A stretch of DNA of 64,000 bases from Lepidodermella squamata (GCA_047495785.1 JBLDXI010000003.1:372001-436000); one strand, 5' to 3'. Positions 47,701 through 60,836 are shown, numbered from the stretch's first letter. A program made the numbers and translations. The notes: a model not told the origin generated them from the letters alone.

Positions 47701-50332
47701 TTCTACGTGGTGCTTGGAACCATTGAGCTTCCAACTTTTTTCTATAATGTTGGCCCCATTTTATTTGTCAATTAATTTCGTAAAAAATACGGCAACCACA
47801 CATTATTCCTCATATTTTTATTTAGGAATCAGAATCATCCAATTTTCGTTTTCAAGACGTTTTCGAGTTTTTCAAGACTGAGATTCTTTATATTTTCACT
47901 CAGCTAATATTGACTTTAATACGAATCTTAAATCAGCCAAACGTAGCTAAATTTCTAGGATCATGTATACATTACGATTTCCGTTAGGAAAGCTCATGCT
48001 ATGATAGATGATTTGGCTAGGTCTTTATTCTTTGTTCTATCAAAATTTGTCTCTGATTTCACTTTTATCCTTGCTGAAACTAGTCGATTTCACATTCTTT
48101 AACCCAGAGTTCAGCTCGTATTTCGGCTTGAGCCTCATCAACAGCCCACCTTAATTATGGCATGTCGGAATTTACAGATATTATCTTGAATTTTTCCATA
48201 ATTCAGATCATGAATGTTGATGAATTTTTTGCTTCATATAAACTTTGCTTTTGAGCTGTGAAACTTTGCGGGTCTTGCTTGATTCATTTTTTTCAAAAAT
48301 AATTAAAACTGGAAATATTCTTCTGTTCATAGGAACCAAATCACCTCTCGATTGGCGAATACCTATTGCAAGATGAAAATTGGTCGATTGAAGATTGGAA
48401 ATTCAACAAGTCTATCGCAGACGATCGGCGAATCCGCGACGATACCTCGATATCACCTAGCTGTCCTTCGGAAACTGCCGAAATTGAAAGAAAATCGGAT
48501 TCTGCCAGCTTCTTAGATTTGTCGCCTGGCCAACAATTTGTCAAATCCACCAGAGCGTATAATCGCTCGTCTTGTTACATCACAAGTTACGCTGCACGTC
48601 CGCCGGAATAACTTTCTCAAACTTTATCTAACTTCCAACTTGATTGTTCCTTGCTTCGTAATTCATCTCGCAACTCTCGTCTTATTGTGATCCTTTTTAG
48701 CTCAAACTGCCTTTAAACATGACGAATCAATAAAATTTTCACAATTTTACTCAATTGCCTTCAAAAAGCCTCGATTTTGCTCTATGAAGCCTTAGCAAAT
48801 TCTTGCATGAAACATCACTTGGGTTCATTTCCTTCAGTTTTCAGTTATTCTTGATCGCTGCAACCTGTTAGTTCCATTTTAGAACCTTCAGTAACCTGGT
48901 TTGAAGTGACAAGCAGGTAGAATAAGCACATCTCCGACTGCTGCCGAGAAAAATCGGCATTAAAATGCATCAAAACCCGAGTTCAGACCTTGGGTTGCTG
49001 GTTGAACCTCGAACTCGAGAAATTTTTACGGCGGCGTCGCCCGTTACCATGGCAACGGCTAGTCAAGGTCGCGTTGCTCTTATTTTATTTTTCCGATAAC
49101 TATTTTGATGAGATAAAATTGTTTTTAAGAATTAACAGCGACTTAATTAACAAAAATTTGCGTACAATAAATCCCACTTTTGTAGGAAAAACAGGCTGCG
49201 CTATGATATTCTAATGCGATTGGGAAGAGCAAAGTTTGCTGGCAGAAATATGTAGTTTTTGTTATTGTTTCTTGAGTTACTCGCAGAGTGCGATGTTGGA
49301 TCTACGAGCTGCCAGGGATGGAAAAAAAAATTTTCCTGCTTTTGCCAAAATGACTTGTCATTTCGGCTAATAACCGAGCGAAGCGAGAAAATTTTGGAGA
49401 TTCTCCAAAAATACACGCTCCAGAACCTTCCAAAATTAACAAAACAGTGGAATAAATTCTCATTTTGTCGTCTGGCCCGGCCGAGCTGGGGGGGATGATC
49501 CCCCCCATCCCCCCCCTGAAAGTCGCACACTGGTTACTCGTCTTTGCTGTGAGAAAGTCCTAGATTCAGGACACCCCATGACTATATTCATATCATAAGT
49601 GCCGCTGAACAAAACAGGCTTCGAATCGTCGTACCAGATACCAGGACATGAACATCCTAACTCTAAAAATAGTTGCTAAAACCTCCCAACATTTTCTCCC
49701 CATCATCTGTTTATAATTAGGTATTTCTGATTTCTTTGTACTCTTAGACTGATACCGTGGTCGAATTTTTTGGCAATCCCCTAGTCTTCCAAGAACTCGC
49801 TCCGTTCGTCCGCGAACTATGCGTACCTGTCGTTCAAGAAATCACGTTCGAAAACGCCGAAGAGTTGACCGAACAAGGTGTGCCGTTCTTGCTACTCTTC
49901 CACGAAAAGGAAGACGTCGAAATCGTCAAAACCTTCGCTGATCAAGTCAAGAAGCAGTTGACCGACCAACGCGGGCTAATTCTAGCCGTGCATGCTGATG
50001 GTCGGAAATTTTCACACCCCCTAGCTCACCTAGGCAAAAGTGTAGACGATCTCCCCGTCATTGCGATCGACAGCTTCCAGCACATGTACCTGTGGCCTTA
50101 CGATGTGAGGACGAAGCTAACTGAGCCTAACTTGCTGCGGCAGTTTGTGCTCGACCTTCACACCGACAACTTGCACGTGCGCTTTCATGCCGATAAACAA
50201 AATGCTGACGTCACGGCGCCGGATCAAGATCCTGGGGCGAAATACGTTGAAGACAGTACACCGAAAGAGTCCATGTTTGCCAGACTTGGCCCGTCCTACC
50301 TGCGATATTCGATGGCTAGAGAAGAACTATGA
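38784..50332 (+). CDS. ERP44: Endoplasmic reticulum resident protein 44 (PDI family); exons ~38784-38816, 38870-39471, 49748-50332
   Basis: INFYADWCFYS (CxxS), ISKYPTFKMFR, EYRGARSVEA, CVPVVQEITFENAEELTEQGVPFLLLF, KFSHPLAHLGKS..DLPVIAIDSFQHMY, and C-terminal REEL. Confidence 0.93.
49284..49532. mobile_element. hAT-type MITE with perfect 8-bp TSD in the ERp44 intron
   Basis: GTTACTCG|CAGAGTGCGA...TCGCACACTG|GTTACTCG; subterminal G/C hairpin. Confidence 0.88.
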
Positions 50333-50570
50333 TTTTTTCAATAAAATTGAACGATATTCGGATCGAAAATTCGAAAATGGTGATTTTTGTTTCTATCATC
50401 CACGTTATATAGATATTTCACAGTACCTTTGCGCCTTTGCAGTTCATAACATGGGATGAGGGTTGAGAGTCCCCGGATAAATGGAAACTCATGAAATCCC
50501 GATACCAAGTTCCATGATAGCTTTTTGCTTTCCTATTACCACGCTGCCAATATGAATGCACTCCTTTCAG

Positions 50571-50811
50571 TATATATCTCGGTGATACATCTCCGCCCAA
50601 ATGTGACACGTGGCAGAGGACCATGTCTGGCAAGCCTGGTCTCACTCTCGAGCAATGCGCACTGAGATGCTACGATATACCAAAGTGCAAGGCTTTCACC
50701 GTCAACACAAAGAACGGGTTTTGCTATTCTCTTAGCCAATGCGATCCTTACTACTACGACCAGAATGTCGCCGGTTCGCCAAAATGGTTTGTATCCTATG
50801 TTCTGTATTGA
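50571..50811 (+). CDS. PAN/apple-like domain exon, paralogue of 37461-37846; 5' exon not resolved
   Basis: PPKCDTWQRTMS...CALRC...CKAFTV...GFC...CDP...FVSYV is colinear with PPKCHTWQHTMS...CAKKC...CGAFTV...GNC...CDP...FVTYV. Confidence 0.65.
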
Positions 50812-51547
50812 TATGGCTGAGATTGCATGATGAGAGAGAATTGTATTGTCGACTGTGAGCGATTTATTGCTTGCCTAAATTATGTTTCCGTGCAAAAATT
50901 AAATCGTGAAATTTGAAGTTCAATTGTGATGTTTGTTTCGGATATAAGTCGATTCAAATCATATGACAGGCGAGTTTCAGATACCTTGAATCTACCATTA
51001 GCCCTTTCTTGGCGAGAACTTCGGCAGTCAAAATTACATTTTAGCCTCCAGCCCCATTAAGCAGCGTCTAAGTCCAACTACTTGTTACTGGCTCAGTCGC
51101 AGTAGTGGGGCTGGCTGGTGGGGTTGGTGGGTGTGATTTTTTTACACCATACTAATAAATTGAAAGAATCGCGTGCTGCCAAGCGCCATTGATGCTATCA
51201 TATCGACCATCCAAGCAACACGAGCTCAGAAGTGGTTGGACTTTGACTCTGCAAATCTGGTCTAAGATATCCTAATTCACGGATTTTCAACATTTATCTG
51301 AATTCATGCCCAAAATCACCCTAATTCATGTACAAAAATGCAGTTATTTATCTACTGAAAGCATGAATTCAGATACCGAAACTAAATTCATGCTTTCGGT
51401 AGATGAATTGGGGTGATATTTTTTCTGGTGAAGAGTATCAAAATTAGAGTACATTCTCAAACACAGTCAATCACCTCGAGTCAATCACCGATCAATCACA
51501 AAAAGGCAGGCATTCATGGGAGGTTTGAGGAGTTCATGCGATCCAAG

Positions 51548-52192
51548 TCAGCCAGAAGATAAGGAATCCCATGCAGCTTTGCCAATGACTCCAACAACTG
51601 TGCACACAGGAGCAGCCACAAAGGTACACACCTTCCAGAAAAATGAACTCGCTTGTGCATCATCTGCCACGAGCTTAGACTTCGTAGCATCTTCAACAGC
51701 CACGATCTTCTCTGCAATAGCAACCGTTGCTTTTTCTTCAGCTACCTGACGAGCTTCTTCAGCGATCTGTCGAGCTGCTTCGGCTAGAGTTTTCTCCGCA
51801 ATGGCATTGTTTTTTTCGAGGGTTGCCGCCGCTGCTTTAGCAGCAGCCTCAGCGGCTTTTTCACTCGACCGAAATGCCGAGTCGATAGCTAATTTCGTTA
51901 GACCGACCAGGCCTATTGATAGTAAAGCCGTGTAAACTGTCCGATCGGTTATTCGAGAAGCCTTCTTCGCAGTAGCGACGGCAGTGTTGGGATCACTGAC
52001 ATTGGAATTTCCTTGTGTCTGATCGTTGCAACTTGGCGGAGGATCTGCTTCTTCAGGACTAGCTATAATAGTTAAGCCAACTGCAAAGACGAAGCTCACC
52101 GCCACTTTGATATCGTCTGGAAAAGCAGACAGAAAATCGAGAATAGTTTTATATGCTTTCAAAGCTGTCCCGGCTACTTCTACCTGCTCCAT
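51548..52192 (-). CDS. Hypothetical 214-aa protein with hydrophobic segments and an Ala/Glu/Lys-rich coiled coil
   Basis: Intronless ATG-started ORF with protein-like composition; no family recognised. Confidence 0.55.
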   Translation of the reverse strand: MEQVEVAGTALKAYKTILDFLSAFPDDIKVAVSFVFAVGLTIIASPEEADPPPSCNDQTQGNSNVSDPNTAVATAKKASRITDRTVYTALLSIGLVGLTKLAIDSAFRSSEKAAEAAAKAAAATLEKNNAIAEKTLAEAARQIAEEARQVAEEKATVAIAEKIVAVEDATKSKLVADDAQASSFFWKVCTFVAAPVCTVVGVIGKAAWDSLSSG

Positions 52193-52505
52193 TCTCTCGA
52201 TGAATTTTCGAGAAGATTAAGAGGGAGTAGTTGGAGCTTTTGGACACTTCCGAAGTGTGAGGTCATGTGAAATGTTATCTCTTTTTATCTCACGCAACCG
52301 CTGAGAAAAGAAAAACGCATGATAGCAATTATATCAGGGCGACTTGCCTATATTGATGTGTCAGTATCAGAAGTTTGAATTGATAAATGAAATTTAATGA
52401 TTTAAAGATGCATTTTTTGTTTAAATGCTGCTCGATATGTGAGCTTCGAGCAAGTTTACAATGTATTTTTTGTCATACAATTTGTGTGATTGGTCACCGT
52501 GTCAA

Positions 52506-55090
52506 TTAACTGGGCGAAGCTGTGAAAAACTGTACGATCAATCTGCGTTTTGATCCAAACAGAGCAAAAATTACATAAAAGCTCAGAAGTAAAACGCCGG
52601 AGCTGATAATGTAGAACAGTACCTCGGGCTCATCAACAGCCGTGATGACCAACGTCTGGGCGAAAACAGAAGGCAAAATCGCATATATACACCATCTCGT
52701 CCTGTTCAAACCAGGATTTCTGTGCGGCGAAATCATTAGTGCAAGGATGAAGCACCCCAGCAGACCCATTCCATTGAGAATAAGCAGAAATCCTCCCAAA
52801 ATATTTTCCACTAAAACTTGCTCCGTTGTTGCAGACGAGGCGCAAGACAGTGAAACCTCCTCTATCAATGCGTCATTATACGCGTCTAATCGAATACTGA
52901 TGGTTTTGCGTACGCCCAGAGGGCCAACAGATCCGTAATACGTCGAAATGACAGCCAAGTTTATAGCAACGTAAAAAGCTGCAAAAATAAAAGCGCTAGA
53001 TGGGATGGAAGGTTCTCTTGCCTTTCGAGAATCCCTTTTGCTGTTTCGAATAGACATGATAGCTGATCGAAGTGTATTACGCGGCTGAATGACGATTTTC
53101 TTTGTCAGAAGCCTGAGGAGAAGGCCGACAATAATTAATAAAATACCTGCTTCAGCGAGGATAGGCGAAGCCTTACAGAAAGTTACCATTTCAGCTGAAT
53201 CTGTCTTCCAGATTGGATGAAGCAAAATGGCGATGTTGAGCACTGTGTATCCTATGGTCATAGCTAAACCACCCTCTTGATGCTTAAACTCTGGCTTGCT
53301 TCTTTGAACAATTGAGATTACTAACAGGGAAATACTCGTCAAAATGTAGAATGCTGCGAGTAGATTTATAATTATGACTACCCAACTCATTAGCTGCTTC
53401 GAATGGACCCTGATTTGAATTTTGTCTCTTGGCTTTTTCCCGTTGGCAGTTTGCCAAATGAAACTCGTTTTCATCTCGAAACGGGATGCATGGCTTGAAG
53501 CCTCGACTCCGTAGCCTACAAACACTGTGACTTTATGGCTGTTTCCTCTCGATTGCTCGTACCCAGTTGGAACTTGCGTGAACTGATTCTGCCCCTCGTA
53601 ACGTACTCGACCTGAAAAACCACGAATGTCTAGTGTAGCAACAGATTTTCGCACGATTTCTGTCAAATCGTTGTCTAGACCGATGTAGAGCCTTAAGGAT
53701 GAATTCCTCGCGTTAAGTTCTCGTTCGACTGAGTCCAATATGAAAGCAGACGGAAGAACATTGTCCAGACACATGTATCGAGATTCGACAAAAGGATTCT
53801 GCCAAACCCCAGGGACATTCGCACTGAAGAAGTCGTCCAACTGCTGCCCAGTCAAGCCCAGATCTGTTTTCGTCGACTTGTAATCGTTCGGTATTTGCTG
53901 AAAGTAGAAAGCAGCGTAATCGATAGCATTCAAAGAGGATCTATCACATCCAGTTGGCATTTTCGCGGCGTTGACGAAATCTGTTTGGGCGGGAAAGAAC
54001 CACACGACATTTCCTCCATATAAGCCTTGCAGAAAGGCCTGGCAAGCGACCTCAGGGCAAATCTCAAAATAACAGACTGATAGGATAATTCTAGCTTCTG
54101 AGGCTTTGATTCGACTAATAGCTTCCGTAGGATCTGATATGAAAAACTCAGCGGCTAAAATCGTGAGGTTGCGGCTCGGAAACACATCGATCATTTGCTG
54201 TGCAGCTTTGAAGTTTGAATTCATCGTGTCGGAAATGACCGCTATTCTATGCCAGTCCATAAGTTGTAGGAAAGGAATGACAGTTTCTATCACTTGATCG
54301 AGAGCCATCATTCGATATAAATTTGGGTAAAATCGCCGATCTGAGAGACTCGCGTCGCCGCAAGCTGCTGAAAACTAAAAATATTGTAAAGTTTCTTGTC
54401 TAGTCGAAATTCAAATTAATCAATCTAAAATGTGTTAGTGTTATTGCGGGCTGAGCTTACGCCCTGATACTATTTGAAAGCACCCATCAATAGGTTTTGA
54501 ATTCAAAATGAATTTATGATCAATCGTAGTCTAAAAAGGAACGGAAAAATAAAAGCTTCCTTGGCCTTCAGATTGAATTTTGAGCAGCTGCAGGATAGTA
54601 AAGGAAGTTCTCTTATGAGGCAGTGAAAATAACAAACGTTAATGATGTCGAACAGCTGAACGTATCGCGAAACCACTCTACAGACACCGGAACACATGGA
54701 CCCAATCAGTAGGGGCGGGACAAAGTGATATTCCGCAGCTGATCGCTGAGCGAACGTTACATTAGCTGGTAGCATTCGATGTCCTATAATACTGCTTGAG
54801 ACTCGATGGCCACTCAAGAAAAACGGCATCAGCCGCGAGACAGCAGGCGGTGCCTGGCATTGGTCGTCGACGAGATCGATGACCAAGTTGTAATCGGGCA
54901 GTATATCACTGCGGTTGTTGATCATCCGAAGGAAAAGCTCCATTGATTGCGTGCACATATCACCGAGCGGAGCAATTGGGCCGCTGATCGGTAGGGTAAC
55001 AGGGATCCTGAGCGTGAATGGCTTGTTCAACTTGAAGCCGTTGCTGGTGAGGAAAGTGATCCCTAAATATACGGACATAATGAGAGACAT
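52506..55090 (-). CDS. Class C GPCR, GABA-B receptor-like (exons 55090-54638, 54374-52506)
   Basis: Venus-flytrap motifs INNRSDILPDYNL..DDQC, GSMCSGVC, LSDRRFYPNLYR, WHRIAVI, ACQAFLQGLYG..VVWF; no Cys-rich domain; 7TM region follows. Confidence 0.85.
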
Positions 55091-55548
55091 AATCGTGTAT
55101 GTGTAACGATGAGGACATACTGGTTAAAATGTTTCTACCTCAACTCGCAAATGCTCCATCCGGAGGTTGAGTGACAATGTGGAAAGACTTTCCGTACGTC
55201 GTGCACTTATCTTCCCTCTTCCGCATAGAAGTGCTATTTCATGGCTATTTCAATCTGAAGCTGATGCAGAATTCAAAAAATTCGAAAAGTAATGCATTGC
55301 AACAGATATTATGGGAGTATGACTCAATTTCTGTTGCCGGAACCTGGAGCGTCGTTAGAGTCTTTGCAAAAACATCCGTGTTCCACATTTTCAAATCGAG
55401 CCATTTTTATAAGAGCTGTTTCATCAAGGACCTAGATATTGCAGGACAGGAACTTGGTTATGTCATGGGGAATGCGATCTCCCAAAACTTGATACCACAC
55501 AGCAATCCTGTTTTATTGATGGAAAATTGTCCATTAATTCGATTCATT

Positions 55549-55943
55549 TCATGATTGGACAATGAGAGAGATAAGCGAGCATATCAGCATTACTAGGAGG
55601 CCATGTGTCATCGCCAGGCTGATTGCTGAGTTGCAGTAGTCCCTTTTGCAGCAGTAAATCTCTGCTTTGCCCATGGTGCTAGAACAATTGATCTGCTCGC
55701 ATGTCGATGCGCAGTCACGTGCCTCAATTGAAACGCCCATGCTGGATGCGACTATTTTCTGTAAAAAAAGGGAAAATAGGATATTAAGATTCGCAAAAGG
55801 TGTTCCGGGGCACTAAAACGGCAAAACCGATCCGACGTTGTGCATTGAGATCCTTGTGTTGAAACGCAGGATATAGCTTCAGATCCCGTGATGCATAAAA
55901 TGGCGATGAACAAACCCGAAGTCAGAGCAGAGATTGAAGCCAT
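55549..55943 (-). CDS. Ly6/three-finger protein (2 exons)
   Basis: Signal peptide, ISCVSTQGSQCTTSDRFC, CCKRDYCN and a hydrophobic tail. Confidence 0.82.
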
Positions 55944-57148
55944 GGTGTTTTTTTTTGGTTCGAAAATGATTAGGCTATAGTGCCAGATTACTTTGCTTTC
56001 CTTATAAGCTGAATGATGAGATTGACCATTTGAGCGGTCAGTTATATATACCATTCGAACGCACCAAAAAATTGCGGTTAAACATGTTTGCGTTTGCCCG
56101 GTAACAGATGAAACATTGACGTCAGTGTCGTTAACATCGTCACTTCATTAAAAGCCACACTATCAAAAATGATAACAAAGTCACCTCGGTGCATTCAGTG
56201 CAGCTTCAACACAGGCACCGGTAAGCTAACATTGGCAATTAGCAACATTTTAATACTGTATCATTCGGTTCTCTATGATGCCACATAACCTTCGTACAAG
56301 ATCTGAATTTCGCTACGACTTAATAATTCGATACTTCGTTCGACCGAGCTTTTAAGCTTTGTTGATAATTGAGACATCTCAGTTTGGCCCTGAAAATTGA
56401 GCCTGCCCACCAAATGACTACTTGGAAGCGACGCATTGCAAAAAAATGAATACGTAAATACTTAGTTGCACTTGTAGCGCAGCAAAAAATGGCGTTTGCG
56501 CGTCGATCTTTAGTGTGAATGAGGCAAGTATGTGCGCTTTCGTAGGTGTCTATTCTGAACCATTGTTATGCACGACGCCCCAGCTAGCTGGTCCTATCCG
56601 ACCAGACGGGACATATACATGCACGCAATATTGATAGGTTCTGAGAATAACTAGTATCGTTAGACTTTTACTTCAGCTTTCGACAAAATCTCTCTATATT
56701 GCATCTGATATAATGACAGGATTGTTCCATAATAAAAATTTTCGATCAAATTCATTCCTACTTACAGTCAATCCTTGCAAGCTTCATGACAGTACGCCTC
56801 CGCATCAATAAAAAGTAACCTATGACGTATTATGGGACTCAACATTAACCAGCATTAACTCCACTGCTGCACAACTATAACTGTTACGCATGTTTACATC
56901 GTCACATATTCACACACAACACAGCGTAAAAAAAACTACTGCCTCCACAAGCACACGCGCGTAAAATGACGTGCCATAGGATAATTGAATAGTTTTTTTG
57001 CCTTAAGGTGACAGTGCAGCTTCTCTATTTTCAAAGATTTTTTCACTACGAAAAGTAATCATCATCATCGTCACAGATCTGTTCAGCGTGGAGAACAATG
57101 ATTGTTAGATTTCTACTAGCTAGTTCTAAAATAATGTAGCAACTTCGA

Positions 57149-58730
57149 ATGTTTAACCATCGAGCCAAGTTAGCTGCTACTCTACTCGCTCTTTCATGCT
57201 CCACCTTCGTCTACATACTATCAACCTCGATTCATTTGCCTAAACACATCTTTCAAACTAAACATCTCCGCGAGGATCCGAAGATTTTGAACATCCTCAC
57301 GACGCCTTACCTCGAACTTTGCAACGCCTATTGGGAACGCAGCAATTGCTCTGATCTGTTGTTCCCTGAGGATCAACCAAGTCACCACGAATGGCCGGAT
57401 TTAGGCTACACCGAGGATTTACTGGATTTCAGCAAAGTCGTTCTCATCATCTCGTTTAACACACCGCATTTTGAATCAGCAGCTAAATTGGACGCAATTT
57501 ACAGGCCGATTTTCGCTGATATCGTTTACTGTATTCCAAATGAGAATATTACCGAATTTTGGCCGGTTTATGGCACTGGAAATGAAAGTCCATTGCTCAG
57601 ACTACCTCCCTGGGCTAAGGTTGTGAATTTCAGGCAGCCTGGCAAGGATACAGGGCAAAACTCTTACGAATGTTTACCGAATGCTGCTGAGCTATTAATT
57701 CAGCACTCAACTGGAGAGGCCACGTATACGGATTATAGTGAGATTAAGGGGATTCTTCAAATCGCGGACGATGTTGTACTCAACTATTGGTCGCTGGGTG
57801 GCCACAACAAGTCGCTGGAGAAAAATTGGGTAATGGACGCTGAATCTGAAGGATACACGCGAGCCTTTGACATTGATACAGTAAGAATTATTTTAAGAAT
57901 ATTTCGCTGTCATTTTTTAATAAATTTCTAACCATTTTTCAAGGGCTTGAGTTGCAAAGGGCGCTCGGCAAATAACACAAAGGATTGTACTGGTGATGTC
58001 TGGATATGGGGTCCATATTACGCTGATGAGCTCAAGGCTTTACACTTTGATATGACCGAACTTTCTCTCGGCAGTTACACCTACAATGGCAAGCCTTCTC
58101 AATATTGGAAAAGCGTCATAGATGGCATGCTCAGATCAGCGAAAGGCGACAGGCGCGTTTTTGGCCTCAGTGGCGGTGATTTGTTCTACGTATCGAAGAA
58201 ATACCTACCATCAATCTTACCTTTTATGAAACTAATGGCGAGGTACGTTTTCACTGCAAATCGGGTAGCATTATCGGATCTTCAAAACTTCTAGATGTGT
58301 CATTATTAATGAATCCTCCTAAATCTCCAATGAATAAGTTGATGTTCAAAAGTGAATGATTTCTATATTTTCCAGCCATGGAGTTTTCGTTGAGATCGCA
58401 GTGGCAACCGCTCTGGAATTCATGACACCACCTGAAGATCGCCAATTCCTTGACATTTCCGCTCACGACTGGGGCAATGGAATCATCCGGTCGTATCCAT
58501 TCGCCGAGGTCTACGAAACTCGTTACGAATTTGTGCACCCTCTTAAGCTATCGAGCGTATTCAAAAATGAACTACAATCCGGTGATGCTGCAGTATCTGT
58601 GCTGCGGAAATTCGACGATTATGGGCCGAATGTCGACTTTGCAGGCAACGACACCTCGCACGGCCCGACCTGCGTTTACTGCAACTTACTGCGGCTTTCA
58701 AATGCTTACTCGAAATTGTTCCCAAAATAA
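57149..58730 (+). CDS. STELLO/DUF288-like putative glycosyltransferase, type II membrane (3 exons)
   Basis: VLIISFN..F, IYRPIFADIVYC, YECL, GILQIADDVVLNYW, DLFYV, VFVEIAVATAL and FVHPLKLS, as in the C-terminal part of STELLO-like proteins. Confidence 0.7.
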
Positions 58731-59181
58731 TGGAGAGATTCATATTTTCAATGCAAATTAATACTCCCGTGATTTCAAGCGTTCAAGACCCTGTAACAAA
58801 GTTGGAGAATAAAAAGATAGTTTTCTTTCTTTGAGTCTTGAATCTTTTATCTTGGTGGCATTGTTTTCGCAGGAAAACGTTAGCACTAAGTGTTGAGCCT
58901 CAAAGTGGGAGTATTCATTAACCATTTTGCTATTCTAACGTGGTGCAGTAAATTTCATAGCTGTATTATGACCTAATTAAACGTGTGCGCGGAGTGTAAC
59001 AATTTGAGGATGCGAGGGAGTTGAATGATATCACTCATGAAAAGTCATATGGCATTAATGACACTCAACCCGCTCATTTCTTCAAACAATGGGTGAGCAG
59101 GGGCGGGATGAGCTTATAAAATGACCAGCTTGTAAAGAAGAAATATCATAAATTAAACAAATAGACACTACCTAACTAAAA

Positions 59182-59564
59182 ATGGCGAACTTATGCATTT
59201 TAATTACACTTGGAACGATGTTGTTAGTCGGAAGTGCTGATTCGCTCACCTGTGTGTCATCTACAGTTGGCAGCTGCACAATTTCAAACGGCTGGTGTAC
59301 GGTTCGAATTTCTCAATTGACTCTCACATTTGAATTTTGAATTTTTTCTTGCAGAAAGTTGTCTGGAATACGCTTGGAAATGTGATCACCACAAAAAATT
59401 GCGCGACCACTTGTGCGGAGACGCATGCTAGTTTGGTGACGATGTACGATACGTATTGTTGCAACAACGTCGATCAGTGCAACTCAAGCGGCAGCAATTT
59501 GCCGAATTTGCTGACGCTCCTATTGTCGATGACTGTTGTCGCTGCAAAGTACTGCTTGTCATGA
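59182..59564 (+). CDS. Ly6/three-finger protein (2 exons)
   Basis: Signal peptide, LTCVSSTVGSCTISNGWC, CCNNVDQCN and a hydrophobic tail; close paralogue of 6975-7380. Confidence 0.85.
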
Positions 59565-60188
59565 TAGCCGCAGGACACAGTTTTTCCCCTTTACTTTTTG
59601 TCAGCAGAATTTTTGTAAGCGAAGTAAAAAGTAAAATAATCCCAGGCGCATCTTGGAGTGTTAAGGCAAAGAATAACTTTAATTTGATGCGTTCGACATT
59701 CAGTTCGCCTGATTGTACAAACCGATAGCGCCAGAAGGCCAAGTATCCCAAGAAAAATTTCATAACCTGTAAACACAACAAAAGACATTTTTAACCCACT
59801 CAAGTAAGCTCTAGTGTGGAATTTAGAATAGCTAGTTCATTTCAAATCAGCGAACCGGGAACGGGGCCACAGATCGGTGATATCCGGGTTAATCTTTGTC
59901 GAAAATGGTGTAAAAGCTCGCCACTCTCAGATTATGAAGGCTAGATAAAGCTTTGCTCGGTTTTACAAATACCAAAGATCCGATAAGATAAGACATCGTG
60001 TTGTAAACGAAGCTGTCTATAGCATCAGACCAGCTTGTGAAATCTTCGTCAGATGAATGCTGATTGCTCTCGTATTTCTCAAGATCAAAAACGCTAGTTT
60101 TATGTAGGCTTATTCGATATTTCAAACTAGCGTCCTTCTTAAAAGGTATTAACCATTATTCAACGGCTGTTGTATCTCAGCCAGACTC

Positions 60189-60836
60189 ATGGATAAAGAA
60201 ATCGATGGAACCGAAATAGCCTCCGGTGATCAAGCTGACGACGTTGTAAAATTTACATGCTCTCTCGACCCTGCAAAGAGTGGAATTGGATTCGATTCTC
60301 ACCAACTCCCTAACTGCTTACTTTCCGACTATCTCAACTCCAACGACTTCTTCGATTTATTAGGCATCAGAGTTCGAATGTTCCCACGAAGTACAGCTGT
60401 TAGCGAAAGCTTCAAATCTCTGGTCAGAGCTGGATTTCTGTGCGAGAAATGTGTTAAGGACAACGGTTTTACCAGTCAAATACTCAGCCGCTGGTCCAAC
60501 GATAGAATCTTTAATTCTTCATCGATTGATCAACAGTTGTTCGATATGCTTCTTTTTGCTCGAGGCACTTCGTCTTTTAACCCAGCCTTATATAAAACTC
60601 AGATCAGCGGTGTCAACCTCAACGTGATTCTCCGACCAGATTTTCCTGGTGACAAGCTTTGGCTATTTGTTCTCAATCAATCGAAGTTTCTATTCCCTAT
60701 GAAGTTGCAGGCAATGTGCAGAATGCTTATTTTGAATAGGCTACCGAAAGGTCTCACGAAACGTAGTTCAGTAATTGACATTCAGCTGAGCGCATTTTTA
60801 CCGCCTGCAATTTGTAATTACTTGAAGTTTGAGTAG
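60189..60836 (+). CDS. SOCS-box protein without recognisable ankyrin repeats
   Basis: C-terminal FPMKLQAMCRMLILNRLP...FLPPAICNYLKF parallels the SOCS box of the 36406 gene. Confidence 0.65.
   Translation: MDKEIDGTEIASGDQADDVVKFTCSLDPAKSGIGFDSHQLPNCLLSDYLNSNDFFDLLGIRVRMFPRSTAVSESFKSLVRAGFLCEKCVKDNGFTSQILSRWSNDRIFNSSSIDQQLFDMLLFARGTSSFNPALYKTQISGVNLNVILRPDFPGDKLWLFVLNQSKFLFPMKLQAMCRMLILNRLPKGLTKRSSVIDIQLSAFLPPAICNYLKFE

Noticed and set aside
51295-51420. Small AT-rich inverted repeat
   Set aside because: Probably a decayed MITE; termini and TSD could not be defined.
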